Shown: in pieces, positions 50,901 to 60,584 of the stretch
How the letters are laid out: every line of letters starts with the position of its first letter
Position numbering within the stretch: the stretch's first letter is position 1
From: Chiloscyllium plagiosum
Lineage: Eukaryota
Assembly: GCF_004010195.1 (NCBI RefSeq)
Contig: NC_057715.1
Location: 93,608,456 to 93,672,455 of the forward strand
Direction: 5' to 3'
DNA length: 64,000 nucleotides
The notes under the pieces: generated by a model
What the model was told of the DNA's origin: nothing
Databases searched by the model: none
The model's input: only the letters and a program-made list of their open reading frames with translations
Made by a program: the position numbers and the translations under genes

Positions 50901-53102
50901 TTGTTAACAGCTAACCCGAGAATGCAACTTAAAAAAAAAGGGTTCGTGATTTACACATGAAAGGAGTGAAACTATCACTGTATTCTAACAGATGAAAGGC
51001 TTAACAGACAATCAATTCTTCAATGTATAATTTCAGTTACATCACGCTGCAAATTTTTGCTATAAATTCTGTGTTACGATCGAGCCCTCCACAATCACCT
51101 GATGAAGGAGCCTCGCTCCGAAAGCTAGTGTGCTTCCAATTAAACTTGTTGGACTATAACCTAGTGTTGTGTGATTTTTAACATTGATAAGTTAGTGGAC
51201 TTAGTGTATAGGTGGCAGAAAGTTTCAATGCTGAAAAATGAATAATCTTGCTAGGAAGATTATGGAAAGATAACTTGCTGGAGTATTGTGAATATTCTGG
51301 TCATGTTTCAGGGAGGATATGAAGGCATTGGAGAAATTAGGAAAAAATAATGAGAATGGTTTCATGGGTGAAGAACTTCAGTTATGAAGGTGAACTGGAC
51401 AAGTTCAAGCTGTTTTCCTTGGAGAAGACTGAGAGGAAATCTGATTGGGGTGTCAAAAGCATGAGGGGTCTGGAAAAAGCAGATAGGGAGAATTTGTTCT
51501 CACTTGTGAAAGGATCAAATTCAGATTATAGCTAGAGGTGAAAAATGGAAGGAGATAAATATTTGATAACAGTGATCATGCATAATAAATGTATAATAAG
51601 AAGCTGTGGAATGTGGCTTAACCTAAATAGAGTATATAATGGCACACTTATTGCTGAGGAAAAATGAAAGGAAATTCCTGATCACAGTGGGATAATAGAA
51701 ATGTAGGTGATGACTTTGGCAGTAGCCAATGGAAGAGAAAACTGTGAAGAGAGTAAAATGCCTATTTTTTGGCAATCACTCATTTTGTAGTAAGACTAAA
51801 GTTGAATTTCACCCCATGGTGATAGAAGGTGGCTTTCAACAGAAGCCAGAAATTGCTAGGTTGCAAGTTAGTTGTGTAAATTTCTACTGACTAATTAGGT
51901 CCATATTGTTTTCTCAATTACATTATTTTGGACTGTAAGGATGACTATCTAACGTATATTTTATATTTACAATAATTTGGAAATTAATCTTTTGCTATTA
52001 ACATTTGAAACAATATAATTTTTATTTCTTTAGCATCAGGAACCTATCTCATTGGCCCACTATCAGCTGCCCTTGGGAAGACTGATAATGTTGATGGTGA
52101 AATGGAAACAATCGAGTTGGATCCGGAAAGATTGGAACCCAGATCTGATGATGAAGACACGTAAGTTTGAAAGCTGTCAGAGTTACTTGGATGTGCAGTC
52201 TAGAAAACAAGTGCAAACGCAAAGTATTTCGAGGAAAGTAATCCTCAAAAAATATATCGATCACATTGGTCTCTCCTTTATCACGATTACTGCAATATTT
52301 GTTCACTTCCAAAAACCCATCATCATATATGAGACCGCAACTCCAATCTAAGCCTCTGAAAAAAATCAAAATGGGCAGAACTCCTGTTGATTTGGCTTGA
52401 ATATACAATTCAGCCCGATCAATTAATTCTAGTACACAGATTGTGGATGACAGGAGAATTCTAGATGTCAAGGCCCTTAAACCCATTTTGATTAATCTAT
52501 TGAGAAAGACTCCAGTCCTTGAATTGCAGCATCCAATATTCCTATTCATTCTGTAATTTCTAAGCTGCCTCCCATGATTCCTGGACTATTGAAGGTTGAG
52601 ATCTCTCATAAATTTGACCAATTATATTGATGGTATTCATACAAATTTAGAAACAATCCCATTAAATTATGAGCCACACTATTTAATATTGTTGTGATTC
52701 CACCAATATGAATATTGCTTCATATTTTTCAGCTAGTTTCATACCTATTCCCCAGTAGGCCTAATGCTTCACGTTGGAGCAGATGCATTGTTGCAGCTTA
52801 ATTGCCTAAACTTGCATACTTTAGAAGCCTAGAGCACAATTAATTTTCTGACAACTTGTTCAGCCATTGGTATGTAGGAATATCTGTAGTACAAAGTATC
52901 CCAGCTTTCAGTTCAAAGTCTATTGCTATAGTCTCATCCAGATCAGGCCAGGGCAGAATAGACATTAAGGTGCCACATGTTTGTCCTTTGTCGCAGTTGT
53001 AATGATGCTGAATTTTTTTTTCACTATTACAGAGACTTTGAAGAAACAAGTGAGCCAGATTGGGTGGACGAATTAAAGAATTTGCTGGAGAATAATCTTT
53101 AA
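26861..53102 (+). CDS. NEK3: Serine/threonine kinase NEK3, 15 coding exons: 26861-26977, 27890-27983, 33441-33538, 34304-34387, 36261-36328, 36528-36614, 37714-37768, 39008-39208, 41588-41663, 41776-41834, 44755-44866, 45397-45555, 45647-45781, 52034-52160, 53033-53102 (1542 nt, 513 aa; an in-frame ATG at 26858 could add one residue)
   Basis: Spliced translation [21 protein letters not shown]...HRDIKSKNIFL...KLGDFGSA...[15 protein letters not shown]...[14 protein letters not shown], with a NEK3-type tail (AFKTYTI...LDPERLEP...DEDTDFEE...PDWVDELK). All phases are consistent. Confidence 0.94.
27890..27983 (+). CDS. NEK3: NEK3 coding exon 2 ([19 protein letters not shown])
   Basis: tttag acceptor; G|gtgaga donor. 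Confidence 0.93.
28530..29860 (-). mobile_element. CR1-clade LINE fragment (RT to 3' end)
   Basis: [12 protein letters not shown]...[29 protein letters not shown]. Confidence 0.85.
30828..32195. mobile_element. PLE family B composite: - strand terminus/3' UTR (30828-31440) plus + strand GIY-YIG remnant and 3' UTR (31445-32195)
   Basis: QPCHGNHC linker and [11 protein letters not shown]-like endonuclease remnant; the two halves are inverted relative to each other. Confidence 0.7.
33441..33538 (+). CDS. NEK3: NEK3 coding exon 3 ([14 protein letters not shown])
   Basis: ttgcag acceptor; ACG|gtatac donor. Confidence 0.93.
34304..34387 (+). CDS. NEK3: NEK3 coding exon 4 (HRDIKSK), GC donor
   Basis: taacag acceptor; AAG|gcaagt donor. 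Confidence 0.92.
36261..36328 (+). CDS. NEK3: NEK3 coding exon 5 (NIFL...DFG), GC donor
   Basis: ttgcag acceptor; CAG|gcaagt donor. Confidence 0.92.
36528..36614 (+). CDS. NEK3: NEK3 coding exon 6 (activation loop, GTPYYVSPE)
   Basis: ttacag acceptor; AG|gtacaa donor. Confidence 0.93.
37714..37768 (+). CDS. NEK3: NEK3 coding exon 7 ([19 protein letters not shown])
   Basis: ttttag acceptor; CCT|gtaagt donor. Confidence 0.93.
37859..38410 (+). mobile_element. HE1-like SINE split by a PLE fold-back insert
   Basis: Head and body at 37859-38067; remainder at 38276-38410. Confidence 0.7.
38068..38273. mobile_element. Fold-back PLE mini-element (family A) inside an HE1-like SINE
   Basis: 83-bp inverted arms (38068-38150 and 38159-38241) with one mismatch; hammerhead core CTGAAGA..GAAACGTC on the - strand. 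Confidence 0.85.
39008..39208 (+). CDS. NEK3: NEK3 coding exon 8 (end of kinase domain)
   Basis: tatcag acceptor; GAG|gtgaga donor; [14 protein letters not shown]...NPKDRPS. Confidence 0.93.
40031..40242. mobile_element. Fold-back PLE mini-element (family C, older)
   Basis: Inverted ttgctggagaaattcagcag...gagttaac / gttaactc...ctgctgagtttctcca. Confidence 0.6.
41588..41663 (+). CDS. NEK3: NEK3 coding exon 9
   Basis: ttccag acceptor; G|gtatta donor; phase-compatible lysine-rich linker. Confidence 0.75.
41776..41834 (+). CDS. NEK3: NEK3 coding exon 10
   Basis: tttcag acceptor; ATG|gtttgt donor; needed to restore the phase between exons 9 and 11. Confidence 0.6.
42132..42756 (+). mobile_element. 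Possible solo LTR
   Basis: Block bounded by TGTT...AACA with an internal AATAAA (about 42611); no clear TSD. Confidence 0.35.
44755..44866 (+). CDS. NEK3: NEK3 coding exon 11 ([14 protein letters not shown]...)
   Basis: tctaag acceptor; G|gtaaag donor. Confidence 0.75.
45397..45555 (+). CDS. NEK3: NEK3 coding exon 12 ([19 protein letters not shown])
   Basis: taccag acceptor; G|gtaact donor. Confidence 0.85.
45647..45781 (+). CDS. NEK3: NEK3 coding exon 13 ([13 protein letters not shown]...AFKTYTI)
   Basis: cattag acceptor; G|gtaaga donor. Confidence 0.88.
47243..47392. mobile_element. Short fold-back PLE mini-element (family B)
   Basis: Inverted gttaaaaatcacacaac...gtccaacag / ctgttggactataac...gatttttaac; flanked by tatctttt(t)ccta. 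Confidence 0.7.
47524..47846 (+). mobile_element. tRNA-derived SINE (HE1-like V-SINE), full length
   Basis: A/B-box head ggtggctcagtggttagcactgctgcctcacagcgccagggacccaggttcaattcc; central tgtggagttt..cgttctcccc domain; CR1-like tail gggcctgtttccacactgta-(aatct)n. Confidence 0.85.
48265..48440 (+). mobile_element. CR1-clade LINE 3' end
   Basis: gggccaaagggcctgtaccgcgctgta followed by a (ttctatg)n tail. Confidence 0.65.
48855..49135 (-). mobile_element. HE1-like SINE (reverse); a tail-only fragment also lies at about 20557-20650
   Basis: Reverse complement of the 47524 family, including the (agatt)n tail. Confidence 0.8.
50780..51180. mobile_element. Fold-back PLE mini-element (family B) with 14-bp TSD
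   Basis: acattgataagtta at 50766-50779 and 51181-51194; inverted arms at about 50818-50900 and 51100-51182. Confidence 0.85.
51096..51130 (+). ncRNA. Minimal hammerhead motif (family B), sense in NEK3 intron 13
   Basis: cac-CTGATGA(51099-51105)-A-GGAGC-CTC-GCTCC-GAAA-GCTA-gtg: perfect stem II, AGCT palindrome for stem III, CAC:GTG stem I. Confidence 0.7.
52034..52160 (+). CDS. NEK3: NEK3 coding exon 14 ([15 protein letters not shown])
   Basis: ctttag acceptor; AC|gtaagt donor. Confidence 0.9.
53033..53102 (+). CDS. NEK3: NEK3 coding exon 15 ([22 protein letters not shown])
   Basis: ttacag acceptor; TAA stop at 53100-53102. Confidence 0.9.
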
Positions 53103-53146
53103 AGTGCTGTTCAAACTGAATGAATAATGAAAATGCTAAAAAACAA

Positions 53147-53152
53147 AATAAA
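53147..53152 (+). terminator. Candidate NEK3 poly(A) signal AATAAA
   Basis: Lies 44 nt after the stop and is followed by T-rich downstream sequence. Confidence 0.55.
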
Positions 53153-53521
53153 GCCTGTTTACCTTTGAACTCTTGTAGTCGTTAAATTTACCTTTTTTTT
53201 TTGCCAGCCGTCCGGCTGAAATCCATCAGAAAACTTTGGAAAGATATATAGAGTTTACTCTTTTGAAGTTGCCATTTTAAAGTACTTATTCTGTGCTCAA
53301 GTTTCCCAGAACTCCATGTTTAAATTCTGACCCTGTCACAATACTGAAAGAGTTCATATCGAAGTCACAATTTGTATCCTATGTATCTTTGAGCAAAGTA
53401 AATGGTCTCTCGTCACTGTGCCCTTGACACGTTTGCCTACATCAGCCTCCTCTATGTGCACTTTTGCTGTTATCTAGCTGGATGTGTTATACTCGCCTGG
53501 TTCTGCTGGCTAAGTCAATAG

Positions 53522-53745
53522 GAGAAAGGGAGGACTACAGATGCTGGAGATCAGAGCTGAAAATGTGTTGCTGGAAAAGCGCAGCAGGTCAGGCAGCATC
53601 CAAGGAGTAGGAGCACCCCCACCTCATTTATCTCTCCATCCTTCTGCTTGTATTCCTGAAGAAGGGCTCATGCCCGAAACGTCGATTCTCCTGCTCCTTG
53701 GATGCTGCCTGACCTGCTGCGCTTTTCCAGCAACACATTTTCAGC
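53522..53745. mobile_element. Fold-back PLE mini-element (family A) with 17-bp TSD
   Basis: gctggctaagtcaatag at 53505-53521 and 53746-53762; 58-bp inverted arms at 53556-53613 and 53688-53745. Confidence 0.88.
53652..53687 (+). ncRNA. Minimal hammerhead motif (family A) downstream of NEK3
   Basis: CTGAAGA 53656-53662, GGGC-TCAT-GCCC, GAAACGTC. Confidence 0.68.
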
Positions 53746-53852
53746 GCTGGCTAAGTCAATAGCCTGTAATGGCTTCCTGCTACAGCATTGTTATCTCGAG
53801 TGTCCTCAATGTTTTACACTGGGGACCCCTTTTTTCTTACCAACACGTATTT

Positions 53853-54446
53853 CTGGATTAGAGTGGTGCTGGAAAAGCACAACAGTTCAGGCAGCATCCA
53901 AGGAGCAGGAAAATTTACGTTTCGGGCAAAAGCCCTTCATCAGGAATACAGGCAGAGTGCCTGAAGGGTGGAGAGATAAATGAGGTGTGGATGGGGAGAA
54001 AGTAGCATAGAGTACAACAGGTGAATGGGGGTGGGGATGAAGGTGATAGGTCAAAGAGGAGGGTGGAGTGAATAGGTGGAAAAGAAGATAGGCAGGTAGG
54101 ACAAGTCATAGAGACAGTACTGAGCTGGAAGTTTGGAACTGGAGTGAGGTGGGGGAAGGGGAAATGAGGAAAGTGGTGACGTCCACGTTGATGCCCTGGG
54201 GTTGAAGTGTTCCGAAGCGGAAGATGAGGCGTTCTTCCTCCAGGCGTCAGGTGGTGAGGGAGCGGTGGTGAAGGAGGCCCAGGACCTCCATGTCCTCGGC
54301 TGAGTGGGAGGGGGAGGTGAAATGTTGGGCTACAGGGCAGTGTGGTTGATTAGTGCGGGTATCCCAGAAATGTTCCCTAAAGCACTCTGCTAGGAGGTGT
54401 CCAGTCTCCCCAATGTAGAGGAGACTGCATCGGGAGCAACGGATAC
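53853..54446 (-). mobile_element. PLE family A 3' fragment (GIY-YIG plus pseudo-LTR with hammerhead core at about 53916-53943)
   Basis: ORF 54247..54495 gives IRCSRCSLLYIGETG...FREH; reverse-strand CTGATGA-A-GGGC-TTTT-GCCC-GAAACGTA. Confidence 0.85.
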
Positions 54447-55169
54447 CAACACGTAGCCTCTTGGCAACTTCTGAAAATGCTACAATAACTTTCATAGGAA
54501 CACCTTCTACACCAATTTCTACCTCATGACAACTCTGTTTTGTTGTCTCTGAACAGTCAAACCTCTTGTCTAACTTAATGAGCTTCTGACTATGCTACAC
54601 ACACACCCTAGACTGCATTTATCTACATTTAGTATGTAGTCCAAGTCTGGCCTGCCTCCACTCATTTGTCATTGTAACCTTCATTGCTGCCTTTCTTTGG
54701 TTTTTCATTTGTGAGATGTCAGTGTCACTGGAAAGTTGTTATTGCCCATTCTTGATTGCCCTTGAGGTGATGAACCATCTCCAAGGAACATTGGGCACAA
54801 AAGAGAAAACCCTGTTTCTTTCTTAAATGTTTTATTGGTTGATTTCAACCAGGCTTCTAGCAAACAATGCAGATTTAATGCACCCAGTGCAATGTCGGTG
54901 CACTCTCAGTACTGAACATGATGGTGAGTTTTGAATAAGTACTGACAGGGAAAGTGGTTGGTTAGGGGGTAGGAGTGGTGGTGCAGGAGGGTTGAGAAAC
55001 CAAATTTTGTGAATGTTTGTAAGGGAGCTGAGATCAAATGATAATAGGGATAATGTTGCAAAGCAAAATGAGATAATAATGGAAGAAGAAAATGAAACGT
55101 GGGTCTGGAGCAGATGTCACTGGGAATAGCAGAATCATCATCATCAGCTCTTGTCCCAAAACAAAAGGC

Positions 55170-56077
55170 CATAACATATAGGAACAGAATTATGCAATTC
55201 AGCCCATCAATTCTGTTTCAATATTTGATCATGGCTGATATGTTTCTCAACCCCATTCTCCTGCCTTATCCCATTAACCCTTTATTCCCTTATTAATCAC
55301 GAACCTATCTTTTTTCTGTCTTAAATACACACAATGGCCTGTACAGCCTTCAGTAGCAATGAGTTCCATAGATTAACCATCCCCTGGCTGAAGAAATTCC
55401 TCCTCAACTCCATTCTAAAGGGTGATCCCTTCACTCTGAGGCTGTGCCCTTGAGTCTTAGTCACTCCTACTAGTTGAAACATCACTACATCCACTCTATT
55501 CAGGCCTATCAGTATTCTCTAAGTTTCAATCAGATTTCCCCTTCATTTACTAAACTCCCACTGAGTGCAGACCCAGAGTCCTCAACCACTCCTCATGTGA
55601 CAAGCCCTTCTTCCCTAAAATCATTCTTGTGAACCTCTTCTGGACCTCCTCCAATACCACCACATCCTTCAGTCAGATACTGTGCCTAAAGCTGCTCACA
55701 ATCTTCCAAATATGGACTGACTTATATAGCCTCAGCATTCCATCTCAGCTCCTGTATTCTAGCCCTCTTGAAATGAATGCTAACATTGCATTTGTCTCTC
55801 TCACCTGCAACTGAACCTGCTTGTAAACCTTAAGCGAATCCTGAACTAGGACTTCTCTTAACCACTTTGTGCTTCAGCTTTCTGAAGCTTTTTCCCATTC
55901 AAAAATAATCTACATCTACATTTAACTTCACACTTAGCCACATTGTATTGCATCTGCCACCTCTTGGCCTACTCTTCTCGCCTGTCTCAGTCCTTCTGCA
56001 GCCTCCCTGCTTCATCAACACTGCCTGAACTTGTACTATCTTTGTATCATCTGAATACTTAACAACAATGCCCTCAG
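55170..56077 (-). mobile_element. Older degraded CR1-clade LINE fragment
   Basis: KYSDDTK remnant and a CR1-like 3' end. Similar decayed fragments at about 16660-17110, 30280-30825, 32870-33300, 39370-39960, 49150-49970, 50560-51530, 58560-58800 and 63480-64000. Confidence 0.6.
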
Positions 56078-58445
56078 TTATAGAGTCATAGAGATGTACA
56101 GCATGGAAACAGACCCTTCGGCACAACACATCCATGCCGACCAGATAACCCAACCCAATCTAGTCCCACCTGCCAGCTCCCGGACCATATCCTTCCAAAC
56201 CTTTCTATTCATATACCCATCCAAATGCCTCTTAAATGTTGCAATTGTACCAGCCTCCATCACTTCCTCTGGCAGCTCATTCCATACATGTACCACCCTC
56301 TGCATGAAAAAGTTGCCCCTCAGGTCTCTTATATATCTATCCCCTCTCACCCTAAACCTATGCCCTCTAGTTCTGGACTCCCTGAACCAAGGGAAAAGAC
56401 TTTTCTTATTTACCCTATCCACGCCCCTCATAATTTTCTAAATCTCTATAAGATCACCCCTCAGCCTCCGATGCTCCAGGGAAAACAGCCCCAGCCTGTT
56501 CAGCCTCTCCCTATAGCTTAAATCCTCCAACCCTGGCAATATCCTTGTAAATCTTTTCTGAACCCTTTCAAGTTTCACAATATCTTTCCGATAGGAAGGA
56601 GACCAGAATTGCGTGAAATATTCCAACAGTGGCCTAACCAATGCCCTGTACAGCCGCAACATGACCTCCCAAATCCTGTACTCAATACTCTGACCAATAA
56701 AAGAAAGCATACTAAACACCTTCTTCACTATCCTATCTACCTGCGACTCCACTTTCAACGAGCTATGAACCTGCACTCCAAGGTCTCTTTGTTTAGTAAC
56801 ACTCCCTAGGACCTTACCATTAAGTGTATAAGTCCTGCTAAGATTTGCTTTCCCAAAATGCAGCGCCTCGCATTTATCTGAATTGAAATCCATCTGCCAC
56901 TTCTCAGCCCATTGGCCCGTCTGGTCAAGATCCTGCTGTAATCTGAGGTAACCCTCTTCACTGTCCAGTATACCTCCAATTTTGGTGTCATCTGCAAACT
57001 TACTAACTATACCTCTTATGCTCGCATCCAAATCATTTATATAAATGACAAAAAGTAGGGAACCCAGCACCGATCTTTGTGGCACTCCACTGGTCACAGG
57101 CCTCCAGTCTGAAAAACAACCCTCCACCACTACCTTTGAGCCAGTTCTGTATCCAAATGGCTAGTTCTCCCTATATTCCGTGAGACCTAACCTTGATAAT
57201 CAGTCTCCCATGGGGAACCTTGTCAAACGCCTTACTGAAGTCCATATAAATCACATCTACCACTCTGCCCTCATCAATCCTCTTTGTTACTTCTTCAAAA
57301 AGCTCAATCAAGTTTGTGAGACATGATTTCCCATGCACAAAGCCACGTTGACTATCCCTAATCAGTCCTTGCCTTTCCAAATACATGTACATCCTGTCCC
57401 TCAGGATTCCCCCCAACAACTTGCCCACCACCGAGGTCAGACTCACTGGTTTATAGTTCCTTGGCTTGTTCTTACTACCCTTCTTAAACAGTGGCACCAC
57501 GTTTGCAAACCTCCAGTCTTCCGGCACCTCACCTGTGACTATCGATGATACAAATATCTCAGCAAGCGGCCCAGCAATCACTTCTCTAGCTTCCCACAGA
57601 GCTCTTGGGTACACTTGATCAGGTCCTGGGGATTTATCCACCTTTAACCGTTTCAAGACATTCAGCACTTCCTCCTCTGTAATCTGGACATTTTGCAAGA
57701 TGTCACCATCTATTTCCCTACAGTCTATATCTTCCATATCCTTTTCCATAGTAAATACTGATGCAAAATACTCATTTAGTATCTCCCCCATTTTCTGCGG
57801 CTTCAAACGAAGACCGCCTTGCTGATCTTTGAGGGGCCTTAGTCTCTCCCTAGTTACCCTTTTGTACTTAATGTATTAGTAAAAACCCTTTGGATTCTCC
57901 TTAATTCTATTTGCCAAAGCTACCTCATGTCCCCTTTTTGCCCTCCAGATTTCCCTCTTAAGTATACTCCTACTTCCTTTATACTCTTCTAAAGATTCAC
58001 TCAATCTATCCTGTCTATACCTTGCATATGCTTCCTTCTTTTTCTTAACCAAACCCTCAATTTCTTTAGTCATCCAGCATCCCCTATATCTACCAGCCTT
58101 CCCTTTCACCCTGACAGGGATATACTTTCTCTGGATCTTCGTTATCTCATTTCTGAAGGCTTCCCATTTTCCTGCCATTCCTTTACCTGTGAACATCTGC
58201 CCCCAATCAGCTTTCGAAAGTTCTTGCCTAATACCATCAGATTGGCCTTTCTCCAATTTAGAACATCAACTTTTAGATCTGGTCTATCCTTTTCCATCAC
58301 TATTTTAAATCTAATAGAATTATGGTCGCTGGCCCCAAAGTCTCCCCCACTGACACCTCAGTCACCTGCCTTGCCTTATTTCCCAAGAGTAGGTCAAGAT
58401 TTGCACTTTCTCTTGTAGGTACATCCACATGCTGAAGCAGAAAAT
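56078..58445 (-). mobile_element. CR1-clade LINE (HER1-like), about 2.4 kb 3' portion, frameshifted ORF2
   Basis: ORFs 57876..58256, 57171..57806 (KSPGPDQVYPR, YMDFSKAFDKVPH), 56438..57130 (SGVPQ.SVLG, KFADDTK) and 56078..56431; 3' tail ctctatgactcta. Confidence 0.92.
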
Positions 58446-59299
58446 TTCCTTCATCTAGATTGTTAATGAAGAGGGGACAGACATGACAACCTCAAACTGT
58501 TGAACTCAATGTTTATTTTGGATGACAGGGTGGTTGTGGAAAGGTTGTTTCCGGGGTTCACTGTTGAAAATTAAACCCATTTAAGACAAAGATGAGGAGA
58601 CTTTTTATCTAGCAAAGGGTTGAGAACCATTCTTTAAAAAATGGTGGAAGCAGCGTCTTGAATATTTTTAGCTGGAAGGTAAATGGATTTCTGATAAGCA
58701 AGGGGCGAAAGGTGATCAGGGATAGATGTAGTCAGATCAGCCATGACCTTATTGAATGGTGGAGCAGGCTCAAGGGGCTGAGAGATATACTCCCACTCCT
58801 CATTTATCTACTCGTAAGGTTGTAAAGTGCATAATCTAAAGATAATGTGCTTTTGCTCCATTGAGCTTCATTGGAACAATACATGGAAGCTGAGAATGGG
58901 GATGCTGAAAATGGGATTGGCAGTTTGTGGGCTGAAGGGAGAGATTCCTGAAAACACAAATGTACATTTGGTTCTCTTGCCATCTCAGTGGTGAGGGGAC
59001 TGCAATGTAAGCAGGGAATCTGGTGTACAGAGCAGAGAGGAAGGACACACTCAGTGGTTATTATACACAGAAGGAGTGTTTGATTTTTTTTACTGTCTGT
59101 CAAGGGACAGTCTGGACTCTCTCGACTGGCCAATCAGGGTGACTGAGTGGTTGCATGACAGCAGGGCTTAGGTTGCACTGCATGTTGGATACTGTAGTCC
59201 TGCTGCGTTGAGCAGTGGGCCTTGGCTTGGTCGCATTCTGCAGGTGAGTCCAGGGGCCCAGGCTCACACAGAGAGAATCCTATACAATATTCACCACCA

Positions 59300-59580
59300 A
59301 AACAAAAACAATCGAACCTTTGCCTTGCCTGACGTTTGTAAGTATTTTGAAAACTTTTCTTTTGAAAACACCGTAAAAGTCTTAGGTTGGTCTCAGCTGT
59401 TGTCGGTGAAGTTTGTTTCTCCCCGTCGTCATGGCAACGGTCTGGGAGAGGCGAATGTTTGGTGCGAGTTGTTATTTGTCCCTGAAAAGCAGTTGATTTG
59501 AAAAGAAAGGTTGGAATTGTCACAATGAGGTAGCAAACAGTAGCAAACGTACACGCTAGAGGAATTAATTCTATCGCTTT
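59300..59580 (+). promoter_or_regulatory. Candidate ciliary-type promoter with RFX X-box (next gene, possibly NEK5)
   Basis: GTCGTCATGGCAAC at 59425-59438 resembles the RFX X-box; forkhead-like GCAAACA at about 59533; local CpG enrichment in non-repeat DNA. Confidence 0.4.
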
Positions 59581-60584
59581 CTTTTAAGTACAAAGCCTCT
59601 CAGTTTGTTGGTGGAGTTGCAGAGATCCTGCAGATCTGTTCTGGGAAGAACTACATATTGTAAATATTAAGACAGGATCGAGAAGAAGGTTCGTCTTCAA
59701 GTTCATCTTGATTTTGAACTCCCATTTCAAAGATAATTGTTGGGTTGAAGAGCGACAATCCTTGAGTGTGAATTGTTATGGGTTAAATTGATTTTTTTAC
59801 ACACTTCTGTCCCTCTCTCCCCGACTCCCACCACCCCCCAAACATGGTTAATCATTTATTTTTCACTGGATGTGAGCGTTATTGTCAACATTTATTATTC
59901 ATTCCCAATTACCCATGTGAAATTGGTGGTGGACCATCTGTATGATTTGCCACAATGCTGTTAAAGGAGTGAGTCCCAGGATTTTGTCCCAACCGCAGTG
60001 AGGGAACCCATTTATTTCCAAGCCAGGATGATATTTGACTTGGAGGAGAATTGGCAAGTGGTGAGGTTCCCATGCATTTGTTGCCCTTGTCCTTCTTAAT
60101 ACTAGAGGTTACAAGTTTGTTTGGATCAATGTGGGTCAGCGCAAGAGGAAGTGAGTAGTGAAGGTGTTGAATGGAGTGCTGATCAAATCTACTTTGTTTT
60201 GTTCATTCACAGCAAGAGAGCATCACTGGCTCGGTCAGCATATATTGCACATCCCTAATTGCCCAGAGGGCAGTTAAGAGCCAACCACATTGCTGTGGGC
60301 CTTGAGTCACGTAGGTCAGACCAGTCAAGGATGGCAGTTTCCTTCCCTAAAGGGCATTAGTGAACCAGTTGGCTTTTTCTGAAAATTGACAATGGTTTTA
60401 TGTTCATTATTGGACACTTAACCTCAGATTTTGTAGAATTCAAATTCCACCATCTGCTATGGCAGGATTCAAACCTGGGTGCCCAGAACATTGCCTGGGA
60501 TTCTGGATTAACAGTCCAGTGATAATACCCCTAGGTTGTCTCCTCCCTGACTGCTTTGTCTTGGTTCGTGCCAAATCCTCTTAA

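Noticed and set aside
26861-53102. NEK1 or NEK5 as an alternative identity
   Set aside because: The 513-aa length, [25 protein letters not shown] and the short DPERLEP...PDWV tail are NEK3-like.
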